Assembly: GCA_044222185.1 (NCBI GenBank)
Contig: JBGANV010000008.1
Coordinates: 32,001-96,000 of the forward strand
Direction: 5' to 3'
Source: Planctomycetota bacterium
GTDB lineage: Bacteria; Planctomycetota; GCA-002687715; CAIWVZ01
DNA: 64,000 nt
This document shows, one piece after another, positions 28,599 to 38,545 of this stretch (position 1 is its first letter; each line of letters opens with the position of its first letter). Both the position numbers and the translations under genes were made by a program. The notes under the pieces were generated by a model. That model was not told the DNA's origin. It did not search any database and saw only the letters and a list, made by a program, of their open reading frames with translations.

Positions 28599-28707
28599 GT
28601 GAAACTCCTCGTGCGCCGCTGCGACCGATCGCTCTCGGCGTGTTTGGTTCGGCGCGTTGCGGCCACCGCCCGGGTGACCGAAGGCCGGCGTCACCGGCCC
28701 TGCTTGC

Positions 28708-29685
28708 TCAGGCACCATGTCGATCGAAAGCCTCGTAGAGGTCGTCCAGAAGCGCCGACCCGCGCGCGAGCCGCGCCTCATCTTCTTTCTGCGTGAGTGC
28801 GATTCCGTTGATCATGCGCTCGAAGCCCGCCGTCTCCGGGCGACCATACTTCGAATCCTTCAGATCGATGTCGTGGATGATCTCGGCGATCGTCCGTAGC
28901 GCCGCATCGTCGAGCGCGAAGTCCCGAACGAGAACCTCGAACGTGCAGAGGTCTCCGTCATGCGTGAACTCGCCATCGAACATGTCGAAGCGCAGCTCAC
29001 CCGCCTCGGGGGCGTGAGCCTTTCCTGGGACGAAGCGGAACCGCGCATCGGCGTCGATGAACCGCTTGATGAGCCAGGCGCTCGCGATCCGGTCGACGTG
29101 GATGCCTCTTCGCGTGACCCAGATACGCCCCACGAACTGGTCCCGCCGCTCGGCGACGGATCGGGCGGCCGCCGGGACCTCGGGGTCGCGAAGTCGAGCC
29201 TCGAGGCGATCGATGGCCTGCGCCGTCGCGGCACGGCGCTCGGTCTGGAAGAAGTCGAGCTTCTCGACCTCGCCAAGCCGGCGGCGCAACCGCAGCACGT
29301 CAGTCTCGACGTTCGATCGCAGGCGTGACTCGTGCACTGGCCCCGGCGGCAGCGTCGACGCAAGCTGCGTGGCTTCGTCCGCGAGTGCCGCGTAATCCGC
29401 TTCGCGCGCCGCGATGAAGAGCTGCTCGACCTGCTCGTCCGTGAGTCCGTCGACGAACCGTGCCTCACAGATCATGGCGTCACCGCCACTGCGCGTGATC
29501 TCCTGGTAGACCCACTGGAAGTCCTCGAGCGACTGCTCGCTCTTCGGGAGGACATAGACCGAGTTCTTGACCGGGACGGCGCCGACGCCCTGGAGCCGCC
29601 GCCAGATCTTCACCCGGAAGTAGGCAGGCTTGGGCGGGATCCGATGGATGAGGAGGAGCCACCGCGGTGAATTCACGTCCTGCAC
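28708..29685 (-). CDS. chrB: ChrB family chromate-responsive regulator
   Basis: WLLLIHRIPPKPAYFRVKIWRRLQ..GAV..KNSVYVLP (ChrB N-domain); WVTR..HVDRIASAWLIKRFID, FDM..EFTHDGDLCTFE (ChrB C-domain). Confidence 0.92.
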   Translation of the reverse strand: MQDVNSPRWLLLIHRIPPKPAYFRVKIWRRLQGVGAVPVKNSVYVLPKSEQSLEDFQWVYQEITRSGGDAMICEARFVDGLTDEQVEQLFIAAREADYAALADEATQLASTLPPGPVHESRLRSNVETDVLRLRRRLGEVEKLDFFQTERRAATAQAIDRLEARLRDPEVPAAARSVAERRDQFVGRIWVTRRGIHVDRIASAWLIKRFIDADARFRFVPGKAHAPEAGELRFDMFDGEFTHDGDLCTFEVLVRDFALDDAALRTIAEIIHDIDLKDSKYGRPETAGFERMINGIALTQKEDEARLARGSALLDDLYEAFDRHGA

Positions 29686-30137
29686 GGGAACTCCCGGGAC
29701 GTGGCGCGCACCGTGCCTTCGAGCATGAAACTCAACGTTGCCTCCGCTCCCCGACGGTCACGACGTGGCGGCTTCCGAGCGGAAGGCCGCGCCCGACGGT
29801 GGGGCGATCATCCACGGCGCGTCACCGCATGCAAGCGCCGCACCGAAGGCCACTCGGCAGCGCCGGCGCGCCGCGGATGGCCCGGCGGCGCCTTGCACCG
29901 GGACGAAACCGCCCGCGGATACAACTGTGTCGGCGGATCGACTTTCTCTCGCAGGTCCGGCCTGGAACACCCGAATCACGTCGCCGCGCAGGCGACGAAC
30001 TCGCGGGGCGGATCGCGCGCCGGCGAGCCGCCGCAACCCGTTCGCAACGACACGGCTGCGGGACTCGGCCTCGCGTTTCCCGTCACGCGGCGGTGACGGA
30101 TTCGTCAGACCGCCGCGGTCCTGCACCGGCGGCCAGA

Positions 30138-32024
30138 TCAGACCGACAAGAACTCGCTCGTGGTCGTCCAGCCGGTCGGAAGGAGCAACGTGAGCGCGCC
30201 AGCCGCCGGCGTGAGGCCGGTGAGCGACGTCACGTTGAATCCCGTGGGCTGGATCACGATCCGATTGCCGACGGCAGCCGTCATCACCACGCCACTGAGT
30301 CCGAAACCCGGCACGAGGTTGAACGTCGTGCGCCGCGCGCCGAAGGACGGCGGGATCGCGACGGCCGAACCGCCCGCATCGTGGAACGTCGCCGGGAGCA
30401 GTGCCGGGAAGTCCGGAACGAACACGGACTGCTGGTAGGGCGTCGGCGCGGGCGTCACCTGCCCCAGTTCACCCAGCGGCGCGACGAGGATCGACGCTGC
30501 GCCGAAGGGGAACACGTTGCCCGCGAACGCCAGGCTGCCCAGGAACGCCGCCGGCGCCGCCTCGCGCGGCTTCCACACGGACGGCAGGATGATGGACTGA
30601 TTCGGCGCGACCGGGTTTGCGACGACCGTGTGCGGGCTGTCGAACTCGTTCAGCAGCACGCCCGCGGGCACGTCCAACACCTCGATGCCAGGGACGCCGG
30701 GATTGCCCACTCCCCCGAAATGGCTCGTGGCCGCGATCACGCGGGTTCCGTCGGGTGTCCACAGAGGTCGGTCCATGCCGCGTGTGCTGACTCGTCCCCC
30801 GAGCGGGCCCGGTGTCACGAGGATGCCCGCCGGAGTTCCCGCGCCCAACGGATCGAGCGGCGAGTAGATGATGTTGATGCGCTCCGACCCGTCCGGAGGC
30901 GTGGAGATGAAGGGAGGGCCCATGCTGCTCTCGAACGCGATGCGATGACCGCGGATCTCCGGAATCCCGAACGGCTCGCCGCAGAGGTTCCCACATGGGA
31001 GGTTCACGATGCTCGGCAGCGCGTTGCCGAGGAACCGAATCACGCCGACCGCCGCCGGTCGAATGAAGAACGCCGACAGCGAGGGATCGCGGAGCAGGTA
31101 GTAGACGTACGAATCGGTTCCGTTCGAGCTGACGGCCAGTTCCTCGCAGCCCGTCGCGGGAACGTACGACCGAGGCGGCGTCAAGATGGGAATGGTGCCG
31201 AACGTGCCGTTGCCGACGGGGCCAGCGGCGGTCCAGGCCTGGTACCCGGCCGCCACCGTCACGCCTGCGGCCGTGAACGTGGACGTTCCCACGATCCACG
31301 TGCGGACGCCGCCGCGCATGAACGACGCCGGGTTCGTCGTCGCAGTGCCGGTCGTCCCGATGAACGTCGCGACCGTCATCTGCGGCGGCGCGGCAGCCAG
31401 TTGAATCACGTGGATTCCGGTTTCCGTGGCCACGTGCAGTTGCGCCGCGCTCACGTCGACGCCGATCCGATTCACGTGGGCGGCGGGGATCCCAGCGAGC
31501 GTCACGCTTCCGGGCGCGAGCGGGAGCAGCTGGCCCGGTGTCGCGTAGGACCAGCCGCGGACGGTCGTCCCGCCCGATCCGTTGTCCTCCGCCGTGAAGA
31601 CGAATTGCAGTGAGTCGACGACGGCCGCGTCGTAACCCGGCGGATTGCCACCGGCCACGGTGAATGCGGTACCCGTACGCGCGTCGAAGACGTGAAGTCC
31701 CCCGTTTCCGAGGGCGTTGCCCATGGGAGTGAACGTGCAGATCGCGGACGGCGCGTATGCGATCTGGGTCTCGAGTGCTCCGAGGGTGCGGCGACGATGA
31801 GCCCATCGTGACGGCACGTTGTTGAACGACGCGCCGATCGGGATCGGGGTCGCGGACGCAGCGAGAGCCACACCGTAGAGCTGGGACGTTCCCGCCGGCG
31901 ACGTGGCGTAGAAGACGTCGAACCCGCGGACGCCCGTGGGTTCGAGCTGCTGGCCGTGCGCCAGAAGCGTCAGCACGGTCCAAAGGACTGCAAAGCGGAC
32001 GGAACCTTTCGGCTTACGGAACAT
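30138..32024 (-). CDS. Secreted hypothetical protein (possible beta-propeller)
   Basis: GAGGAG RBS before ATG 32024; signal peptide ending AHG-Q; beta-rich P/G/T composition with a WTPDGTR motif. Confidence 0.75.
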   Translation of the reverse strand: MFRKPKGSVRFAVLWTVLTLLAHGQQLEPTGVRGFDVFYATSPAGTSQLYGVALAASATPIPIGASFNNVPSRWAHRRRTLGALETQIAYAPSAICTFTPMGNALGNGGLHVFDARTGTAFTVAGGNPPGYDAAVVDSLQFVFTAEDNGSGGTTVRGWSYATPGQLLPLAPGSVTLAGIPAAHVNRIGVDVSAAQLHVATETGIHVIQLAAAPPQMTVATFIGTTGTATTNPASFMRGGVRTWIVGTSTFTAAGVTVAAGYQAWTAAGPVGNGTFGTIPILTPPRSYVPATGCEELAVSSNGTDSYVYYLLRDPSLSAFFIRPAAVGVIRFLGNALPSIVNLPCGNLCGEPFGIPEIRGHRIAFESSMGPPFISTPPDGSERINIIYSPLDPLGAGTPAGILVTPGPLGGRVSTRGMDRPLWTPDGTRVIAATSHFGGVGNPGVPGIEVLDVPAGVLLNEFDSPHTVVANPVAPNQSIILPSVWKPREAAPAAFLGSLAFAGNVFPFGAASILVAPLGELGQVTPAPTPYQQSVFVPDFPALLPATFHDAGGSAVAIPPSFGARRTTFNLVPGFGLSGVVMTAAVGNRIVIQPTGFNVTSLTGLTPAAGALTLLLPTGWTTTSEFLSV

Positions 32025-32651
32025 CGAGAGAGACTCCTCGTTTGGCAGACGCTTGGTCTGCCGGCGGGCATGGGCTCGTGGTCGCATCCCGACAGCAACG
32101 CGTGTGCCCGCGACTCGCGCCCTGCGGCTCGCCACCAGCTCCGCGCCCTGCGACCGTTCCCAACCGGCCGATCGCCTGTCCTGAGCGCGATTTCCAGCGG
32201 CGGTCGAGGCTCGCTCCTCCGCCGAGAGAAGCTGCTCCGCGGGCCCCTTCCGCGGGTTGCGCGGACGTAACTGTCAACCCGCAGGGCCGACTGTGCGATT
32301 GCTTGACAGCGCGCAGAGCTCGCGGGCGTTGATACAGGTGCACTTGGCGAAGCGCGTCCGTTTCGGGGTTCTGCGACAGTGGACAAGGCCGGCTGCGTCG
32401 ATGAGAATCCGTCACCCACCGGTGACGCATTGGACCTCGTCGACACCGAGCGACCCGCGGAATGGAGGTCGCCAGACCACGGAATCGCCGCGGAACCGAT
32501 GAGGCCGCAGAGGCGCGGCGCGGCAGGAACGGACTTTGCGAGCGGCACGGCGCGGTCTTCGGTGGACGTGACGGTCACGAGCCGAGCATCGCGCGCCCGA
32601 GCCGATGGCCGGCCGCGTGACGACCGATCCGGACTGGAAATGGAGATAGGA

Positions 32652-34076
32652 ATGAAGAAGGCGCATTGGTTGGGAATCGCGGCGGTCGGCCTGTTCCTCG
32701 GAGCGGCGACGGCGTCGGCACAGGAGACCGAGAAGTCGGTCGAAGGGCGACTGCTCGACATCCTGAAATCGCGAGGCGTCATCTCGGAGACCGAGTACGG
32801 AGAGCTCCGCGGCCTCGAAGCCGACATGCGTCGTCGCGACGACGTCGAGCAGGCGGTCGATTCGCGCGTCAACGAGCTCGTCTCACGCATGGCGCAAGAC
32901 GCGCCGAAGACGTCCTACAAGCCCGGCATGGGCATGAGCTGGGCGACCGCGGACGGCAAGTTCCTCCTCACGCTCGGCGGCCGAATCCAGGTGCGCTACA
33001 CGCACGACTTCTTCGAAGACGAGAACGGCAATCAGAACGACCGTGATCGCCAGGACTTCAACGCCCAACGTGTGCGGATCTACATGAAGGGCTTCGCGTA
33101 CGACCCGCATCTGAAGTACGAGATCCAGTTCGACGTGGCGGGTGACACGTCACGCCCGTTCGACTCGGCAGGCACGGGCGTTTCCAGCGGGAACACGTCG
33201 AGCAACCGCCTGACGGAACTGAAGGACGCCTACGTCGACTGGCAGGTCACGGAGGACACGCTCCTCAACGTGAAGGCCGGACATTACAAGGTCCCCTACT
33301 CGCGGCAGCAGCTCACGTCCGCGTTCAAGCAGGAGTTCGTCGACCGCGCACCGACGGATGCCGTCTTCGCGCCCGGCCGCTCCTACGGACTGAGCTTTTG
33401 GGGCAAGCTCGGCGGCGAGAAGAAGGACATGTTCGAGTACAACCTGGGCCTGTTCGACGGCCCGGGGGTCGTGGGCATCGTCGAGGGTGAGAACGTCAAC
33501 AACAACGACGACGGACTCCTCTACGTGGGCCGGATGGCGATCAACCCGTTCGGCGCCGTGCCGTACGCCGAAGGCGACCTCCGCCCGGCCGAGGCGCGCC
33601 ATGCGTTCCTCCTCGCCCTCGGCGTGAACGCCTGGTACCACCAGGACAACAACCGCAGCGCGACGCTGAACAACTTCGACGACTGGTCCATCGGCGCCGA
33701 CCTCACCATGATGTGGGAGGGCTTCTTCGCGACGGCCGAGCTGCATTACCGCGACGACTCGCAGCCGACGTCGCGCGACGATGCGAGCGTCCTCGGTTGG
33801 ACCGCGCAGCTCGGGTACATGATCGTGCCCGAGCGATTCGAAGTGGGACTCCGCTACTCCGAAGTCGATTGGGATGACACGACGACCGTGGCTCCGGCGA
33901 CCATTCCGACGGATGCCGCACGTCGCGAGTACCTGATCGTCCTCGGGTACTTCTGGTTCGAGCACAGCATGAAGATGCAGATGGATTTCGGCCGCGCGGA
34001 GAACCACATCCTCGCCGGTTCGGCGTCCAACGTGGACGAATGGCGTCTGCGCCTGCAATTCACGCTGCAGTTCTGA
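32652..34076 (+). CDS. Outer-membrane porin, OprO/OprP (phosphate-selective porin O/P) family
   Basis: Signal peptide ending ASA-Q; LLDILKSRGVIS periplasmic N-domain; GGRIQVRY, LKDAYVD, GHYKVPYSRQ..S..QEFVDR; C-terminal RLQFTLQF beta-signal. Confidence 0.85.
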   Translation: MKKAHWLGIAAVGLFLGAATASAQETEKSVEGRLLDILKSRGVISETEYGELRGLEADMRRRDDVEQAVDSRVNELVSRMAQDAPKTSYKPGMGMSWATADGKFLLTLGGRIQVRYTHDFFEDENGNQNDRDRQDFNAQRVRIYMKGFAYDPHLKYEIQFDVAGDTSRPFDSAGTGVSSGNTSSNRLTELKDAYVDWQVTEDTLLNVKAGHYKVPYSRQQLTSAFKQEFVDRAPTDAVFAPGRSYGLSFWGKLGGEKKDMFEYNLGLFDGPGVVGIVEGENVNNNDDGLLYVGRMAINPFGAVPYAEGDLRPAEARHAFLLALGVNAWYHQDNNRSATLNNFDDWSIGADLTMMWEGFFATAELHYRDDSQPTSRDDASVLGWTAQLGYMIVPERFEVGLRYSEVDWDDTTTVAPATIPTDAARREYLIVLGYFWFEHSMKMQMDFGRAENHILAGSASNVDEWRLRLQFTLQF

Positions 34077-34124
34077 GTCGAGGCCGGCGCGTTCGTGCTC
34101 CAGAACTCGAAGAGCGATCCCGTC

Positions 34125-35480
34125 ATGACCATGCCCAAGCGCGCGACGTTCGCCCTCGCGGTCTGTGTTGCAGCCACGTTCGCCTGGTTCGCGTGCTCGT
34201 CGGCCGAGTCGGCGCATCAGGATCCCGGCGAGCTGCGCGCGTTCGCGTTCGCGCCGGGCTACGTCGGGTCGGACGCGTGCGCGTCCTGCCACGAAGACGC
34301 CTATCGGGCATGGAAGGGTTCTCTTCACTCGAGGATGGAGCAGCAGGCCTCGCCGCAGACCGTGCGCGGAAACTTCACGACTGAAGGCGTCGTCGTGAAC
34401 GCCGAGGTGCCTGGCCGCCGCATCGTGATGAAGCGGAGCGGGGATCGGTTCCTCGTGGAGGCGCCCGATTCCGACGGCAGGCAGCAGACCTTCGTCGTCG
34501 ACCGCACCGTCGGCAATCGCTACAAGCAGCGCTATCTGACCAAGCGGCCGGACGGGTCCTGGGCGGCCCTTCCGATCCAGTGGCTCGAGAAGGACCACAA
34601 GTTCGTCGAGTGGATGAAGAAGGCGTCGACAGAACCCGGCAAGGGCGACTTCTGGCTCGACGCGCCGTGGGGCTGGCAGGTGAAGTGCGCCGGCTGCCAC
34701 ACGACGGGTCTCGATCTCGGATTCGATGCGACGACGAAGACGTGGAACACACAGTGGCGCGAACTCGCCATCGGTTGCGAATCGTGCCACGGCCCGGGCC
34801 TGGTCCACGCGACGGCGAAGGGCGGCAAGGACAACATCCTCTGCCCGAGTCGCATGTCGCGCGACCAGCAGCTCGACACCTGCGGCAGGTGCCACTCCCG
34901 CGGAACGGCGACCCCCGAGCAGGGCTCACCCGCCGGCCTCCCCGGCAAGATCGCCTACCCCTACGACATGCTCCCCGGCGACCCGCTCGATGCGCACTTC
35001 ACGCAGGTGACGCTCGAGAAGAACCCCGTCGAGTTCCACAAGGACGGAGCGTCGTTCAATCATCACCAGCAGCTCACCGACTACCGCAAATCCGGCATGT
35101 TCCTGCACGGAGGAGAGAAGGCCCCGCACTGCACGACCTGCCACGATCCGCATCGCGCGGATGCGTTGAAGCAGCCCGTCGAGAACAACGCCCTGTGCAT
35201 CTCGTGCCACGAGGATCTCGCGGGTGCGGCCGAGCTCACGAAGCACACGGGGCACGGCGGTGACCCGATCGCGAACCCTGGTGCACGTTGCGTCGAGTGC
35301 CACATGCCGCGGATCGTCAATCACGCCGGGAGCGAGAAGCTCCGCTCCCACACCTTCTGGTCGCCCAATCCGCGCAAGGCCAGGGACACGGACACCCCGG
35401 ACACCTGCGTCCTGTGCCACGAGGATCGCGATCGTGCGTGGGCGATCGAGACGGCAGCGAAAATCTGGCCGCCCAAGTGA
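34125..35480 (+). CDS. Exported octaheme c-type cytochrome
   Basis: Eight CxxCH motifs (CASCH, CAGCH, CESCH, CGRCH, CTTCH, CISCH, CVECH, CVLCH); signal peptide with a possible lipid-anchor Cys (WFAC); YVGS..C..CH...W.GS.H pattern. Confidence 0.92.
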   Translation: MTMPKRATFALAVCVAATFAWFACSSAESAHQDPGELRAFAFAPGYVGSDACASCHEDAYRAWKGSLHSRMEQQASPQTVRGNFTTEGVVVNAEVPGRRIVMKRSGDRFLVEAPDSDGRQQTFVVDRTVGNRYKQRYLTKRPDGSWAALPIQWLEKDHKFVEWMKKASTEPGKGDFWLDAPWGWQVKCAGCHTTGLDLGFDATTKTWNTQWRELAIGCESCHGPGLVHATAKGGKDNILCPSRMSRDQQLDTCGRCHSRGTATPEQGSPAGLPGKIAYPYDMLPGDPLDAHFTQVTLEKNPVEFHKDGASFNHHQQLTDYRKSGMFLHGGEKAPHCTTCHDPHRADALKQPVENNALCISCHEDLAGAAELTKHTGHGGDPIANPGARCVECHMPRIVNHAGSEKLRSHTFWSPNPRKARDTDTPDTCVLCHEDRDRAWAIETAAKIWPPK

Positions 35481-35504
35481 CCCTGACTGGCGTCGCGCCT
35501 GCCG

Positions 35505-37160
35505 TCAACGAACGGGTGGCGCCGGAACCATCTCGGAGAGTGCAATCTCCGACACGGTGACGAAGCCCCACCGGTCGGCCGACGCGTCGACGACGAACAG
35601 CCGCAGCGCCTGCCCGCGAAACCGCGCCGTGTTCCAGCGCACACGAACGTCGACGTCGTTGTTCGACGGCCCGCTGACCGCCTCGATCACCCGCCCGAAC
35701 GCTCCGGCCTTCAGCGCCGAGTGGAACCCACCGAGATCGTTCGGAGCTGGGGCCGGTGGGTGATCCGCCAGCGTGAGCACGACCTCCCCGGTACCTCCGT
35801 GCAGTGTGAACTCGACGGCACCATCGTCGCCCGGGGTGAACGTCGTCCACATCGCAACTCGATCCTTGTCGCCGCCGCCGAAGGTCGAGACGTGGGGCAC
35901 GCCCGCGCGCTCGAACCGCCGCGGTTTGTCGCCCACGGTCGTCCAGCCCTCCGCACCCGGGATCGTCCGGCGGACCTTCACCGTGCGCGGTGCGAGACGC
36001 GACGGATACCCGATGTCGGAGTGCATGACGACGACCTGATAGGGATTCCAGGTCGACAGCGTGTAGTGCAGCGTGCAGCGGTTGGCGTCTCCGCGCGTGA
36101 AACGGTCCACGAGGAACGGGCCATATTCACCGCCCCAGGTGTCCTCGCGGCCCGGGTCACTGAATCCGTCACGCCGACTCGCCTTCCACGACACATGGAG
36201 GAAGTTCGCGTAGCCCGCATCGGTCCACGGATCGAAGAGGATGCGCGCGGGTGACCACGGCCCCCACGCCTCCTTCGCCGTCCGCATGACGATGCCTCGC
36301 GGCGCGGACGAGTTGTAGAGCATCACCCACCGTGCGAGGGGCTCGACCCACGTCACGCTGATCTCACCGACGACGGGATGATCGAACAGGACCGAGGACT
36401 CGGACTCGTTTCGTCCCCACACGGGGTGCCCGTCCTCCATCCCGTTGAAGTACCGCGTCGACTGCCCCTGGGCGAAGTCGCCAGCCGAGATCACGGCCAG
36501 CCGGGGGCTCGACGCCCTGTATTTCCCGCTTCCGAACACGAAGACCGGATCCGGGATCGGAACGTGCTTCGAAGGCGGACCCGTCCGCCTCACGAGTGCG
36601 ACGTTGACGAAGTGGCGCGCGCTGAACTCGCGGCAGCGAGCGAAAGTCCGCCCGTCGTCGTCCGACACGGCAAGCACCGAACGCCCCATGGTGACCGCCG
36701 GCGTGTGACCCGTGGTGAACACGACGTACATGCGCGACCCCAACGAGATCCCGTGTGAGGGAACCTCGAACTCGCCCAGCGAAACGCCGGGGACCGATAG
36801 CGGAACGAACTGCCGCTGCCCGTCGACGTGAAACGACAGCTCGAGCGACGCGGGATCCCGGCCCTGAGTCCACGCCAGTACGTCAGCTCCGGGCACGCCG
36901 CCCACGCTGTCGCCGAAGAGGAACACGAGCCTGCCGTTGTGCTCGAACGAGCTCCCGAGGTCGGTGGCACGGAGACCCGCACGACTGGCCGTCCGGCCCA
37001 AGACCGGGATCCGCCGGGTTGCGTCCACGTCGCCCGTCAGCTGCACGAGCTTGCCCGTCGATCCGACGATCGGCACTGGCTCGTCGTCGCCTGCCTGCGC
37101 GCGCACGCCCGCGCAACCGAGGACGGCGACGAGCGTGATCGAAACGACGCGAGCGATCAT
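35505..37160 (-). CDS. Secreted DUF4185 family protein with extra C-terminal domain
   Basis: Signal peptide ending VRA-Q; ATDLG..FLFGDS, VGEISVTW, GPWS, GGEYGP, STWNPYQV motifs. Confidence 0.85.
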   Translation of the reverse strand: MIARVVSITLVAVLGCAGVRAQAGDDEPVPIVGSTGKLVQLTGDVDATRRIPVLGRTASRAGLRATDLGSSFEHNGRLVFLFGDSVGGVPGADVLAWTQGRDPASLELSFHVDGQRQFVPLSVPGVSLGEFEVPSHGISLGSRMYVVFTTGHTPAVTMGRSVLAVSDDDGRTFARCREFSARHFVNVALVRRTGPPSKHVPIPDPVFVFGSGKYRASSPRLAVISAGDFAQGQSTRYFNGMEDGHPVWGRNESESSVLFDHPVVGEISVTWVEPLARWVMLYNSSAPRGIVMRTAKEAWGPWSPARILFDPWTDAGYANFLHVSWKASRRDGFSDPGREDTWGGEYGPFLVDRFTRGDANRCTLHYTLSTWNPYQVVVMHSDIGYPSRLAPRTVKVRRTIPGAEGWTTVGDKPRRFERAGVPHVSTFGGGDKDRVAMWTTFTPGDDGAVEFTLHGGTGEVVLTLADHPPAPAPNDLGGFHSALKAGAFGRVIEAVSGPSNNDVDVRVRWNTARFRGQALRLFVVDASADRWGFVTVSEIALSEMVPAPPVR

Positions 37161-37558
37161 CAGGCACGCAGCATACCCGCTGCAGTCAGGCGCCAGCGCT
37201 CCCGTCGCGCCGGAGGACGCGAGCTGGCCACCCGCGCCGCCGCGGTCGTGGTCCAACACCGACACCTTGGACGCCCGCCACCACATCCCTGCGCCAGGCG
37301 CCGTCGCCACCCGCGGCACCCCGAAATCCCGCGGGGTCGCCGAGCGCGCCGTCGCATCGCGTGGCTCGAAGCGCTCCTGGCGGAGTCGGCGCGCAACGGG
37401 GTTCGAATGCTCGATCGAAGATTCCCTCGTCATATGTAGGGGGACCTATGCGGCGATCCGTCGACGATCTGCCCGTCGAGTCCCACGCTCGCCGCTCGAC
37501 CTCCGCCACGGCTGCGACCGATCGGCCCGATCCGTCGCGGTTGACGCACCCGGCCGCG

Positions 37559-38545
37559 TCACCTTCCCTCTGGCGCAGCCCACTCCGCGAGTAGCGCCTG
37601 CGCGGCAGCCTTCGCCGATCCGCTCCGCGTGCCGATCCGCGGGTCCATCAGATCGACCTCGGCCCCCGCCTCCCTCGCGTCGAGCTTGGGAACGATCTCC
37701 GCGAGTGCGGAAGCGAGTTCGCGCGCCTTCTGTCTCCGGAGCCCGGCGATCGCCTGAACCCCGATCGACGGCTCTCCCGGCTCGGTCAGGAGAGCGAGCA
37801 TGCGCTTCTTCGCTGCGGGCGTGTCGATGCGCGACAGAGCGCGAACGGCGGAGATCCGAACGTACTCGTCCTTGGACGCGAGGAATGGCTCGAGCAACGG
37901 GAGGTCGGAGGCCGAGCCGAGATAGTAGAACGTCTCGAGGGCTGCGTGCTGGTTGAAGAACACGAGCGACGCGGGGCTGAGCGGGTCATCCTCGACGACC
38001 TTCGGCGGACCGTGCAAGTTGGCGCTCACGAGTTCGGCCATGAGAGCGGCATCGATGGCGCCGCCGTGGAGATTGCGGAAGATCGCCGCCTGCGTCCGCT
38101 CGTAGAGATCCCTGCCGACGAGCGCAAGCCCGGAGGAGTGCCGATAGCAGGCCCGGACGCGGCCTCCGTCGATGAGCGCGAAGCCGGTCGTCGGAGTCGC
38201 GATTTCGTACGAGCGACCGTCGGCGGAAAGTCTCACGAAGAGGTAGATCTCGACGCCCGGGCGGAATGCGATCGGGAGCCGCGGTTCGGCGTTCGACGAA
38301 TAGGACATCAGGCTCAGGAGGCAGAAGCCGTCGACGCTGAACACGGGCGGGACGTCTGCTCCGGCGATCGGACGGACGACGCGGAACACGGCGCTTCGCC
38401 GGCCGTCCTCCACCGACAGAACCCGCGCGAGGACGAACGCGTCCGCGTTCCTCACGACCTCTTCGTGCGTCGGCTCATTCCACGTCGTTCGGAGCGCCGG
38501 CGGCGGAGTCGAGAGCAGGAGAAGCATGAACCCGACCGCGATCAT
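37559..38545 (-). CDS. Exported protein with C-terminal HEAT/PBS repeats
   Basis: ATGA overlap with the upstream gene; signal peptide; TTWNEP..ADAFVLARV N-domain; DEYVRISAVRALSRI. Confidence 0.75.
   Translation of the reverse strand: MIAVGFMLLLLSTPPPALRTTWNEPTHEEVVRNADAFVLARVLSVEDGRRSAVFRVVRPIAGADVPPVFSVDGFCLLSLMSYSSNAEPRLPIAFRPGVEIYLFVRLSADGRSYEIATPTTGFALIDGGRVRACYRHSSGLALVGRDLYERTQAAIFRNLHGGAIDAALMAELVSANLHGPPKVVEDDPLSPASLVFFNQHAALETFYYLGSASDLPLLEPFLASKDEYVRISAVRALSRIDTPAAKKRMLALLTEPGEPSIGVQAIAGLRRQKARELASALAEIVPKLDAREAGAEVDLMDPRIGTRSGSAKAAAQALLAEWAAPEGR

Noticed and set aside
32260-32310. Pho box upstream of the porin
   Set aside because: Only one CTGTCA half-site per strand, with no 11-bp direct repeat.
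32652-35480. Calling the pair mtrAB
   Set aside because: The barrel is OprO/P-like and too short for MtrB, and the cytochrome has 8 rather than 10 hemes.
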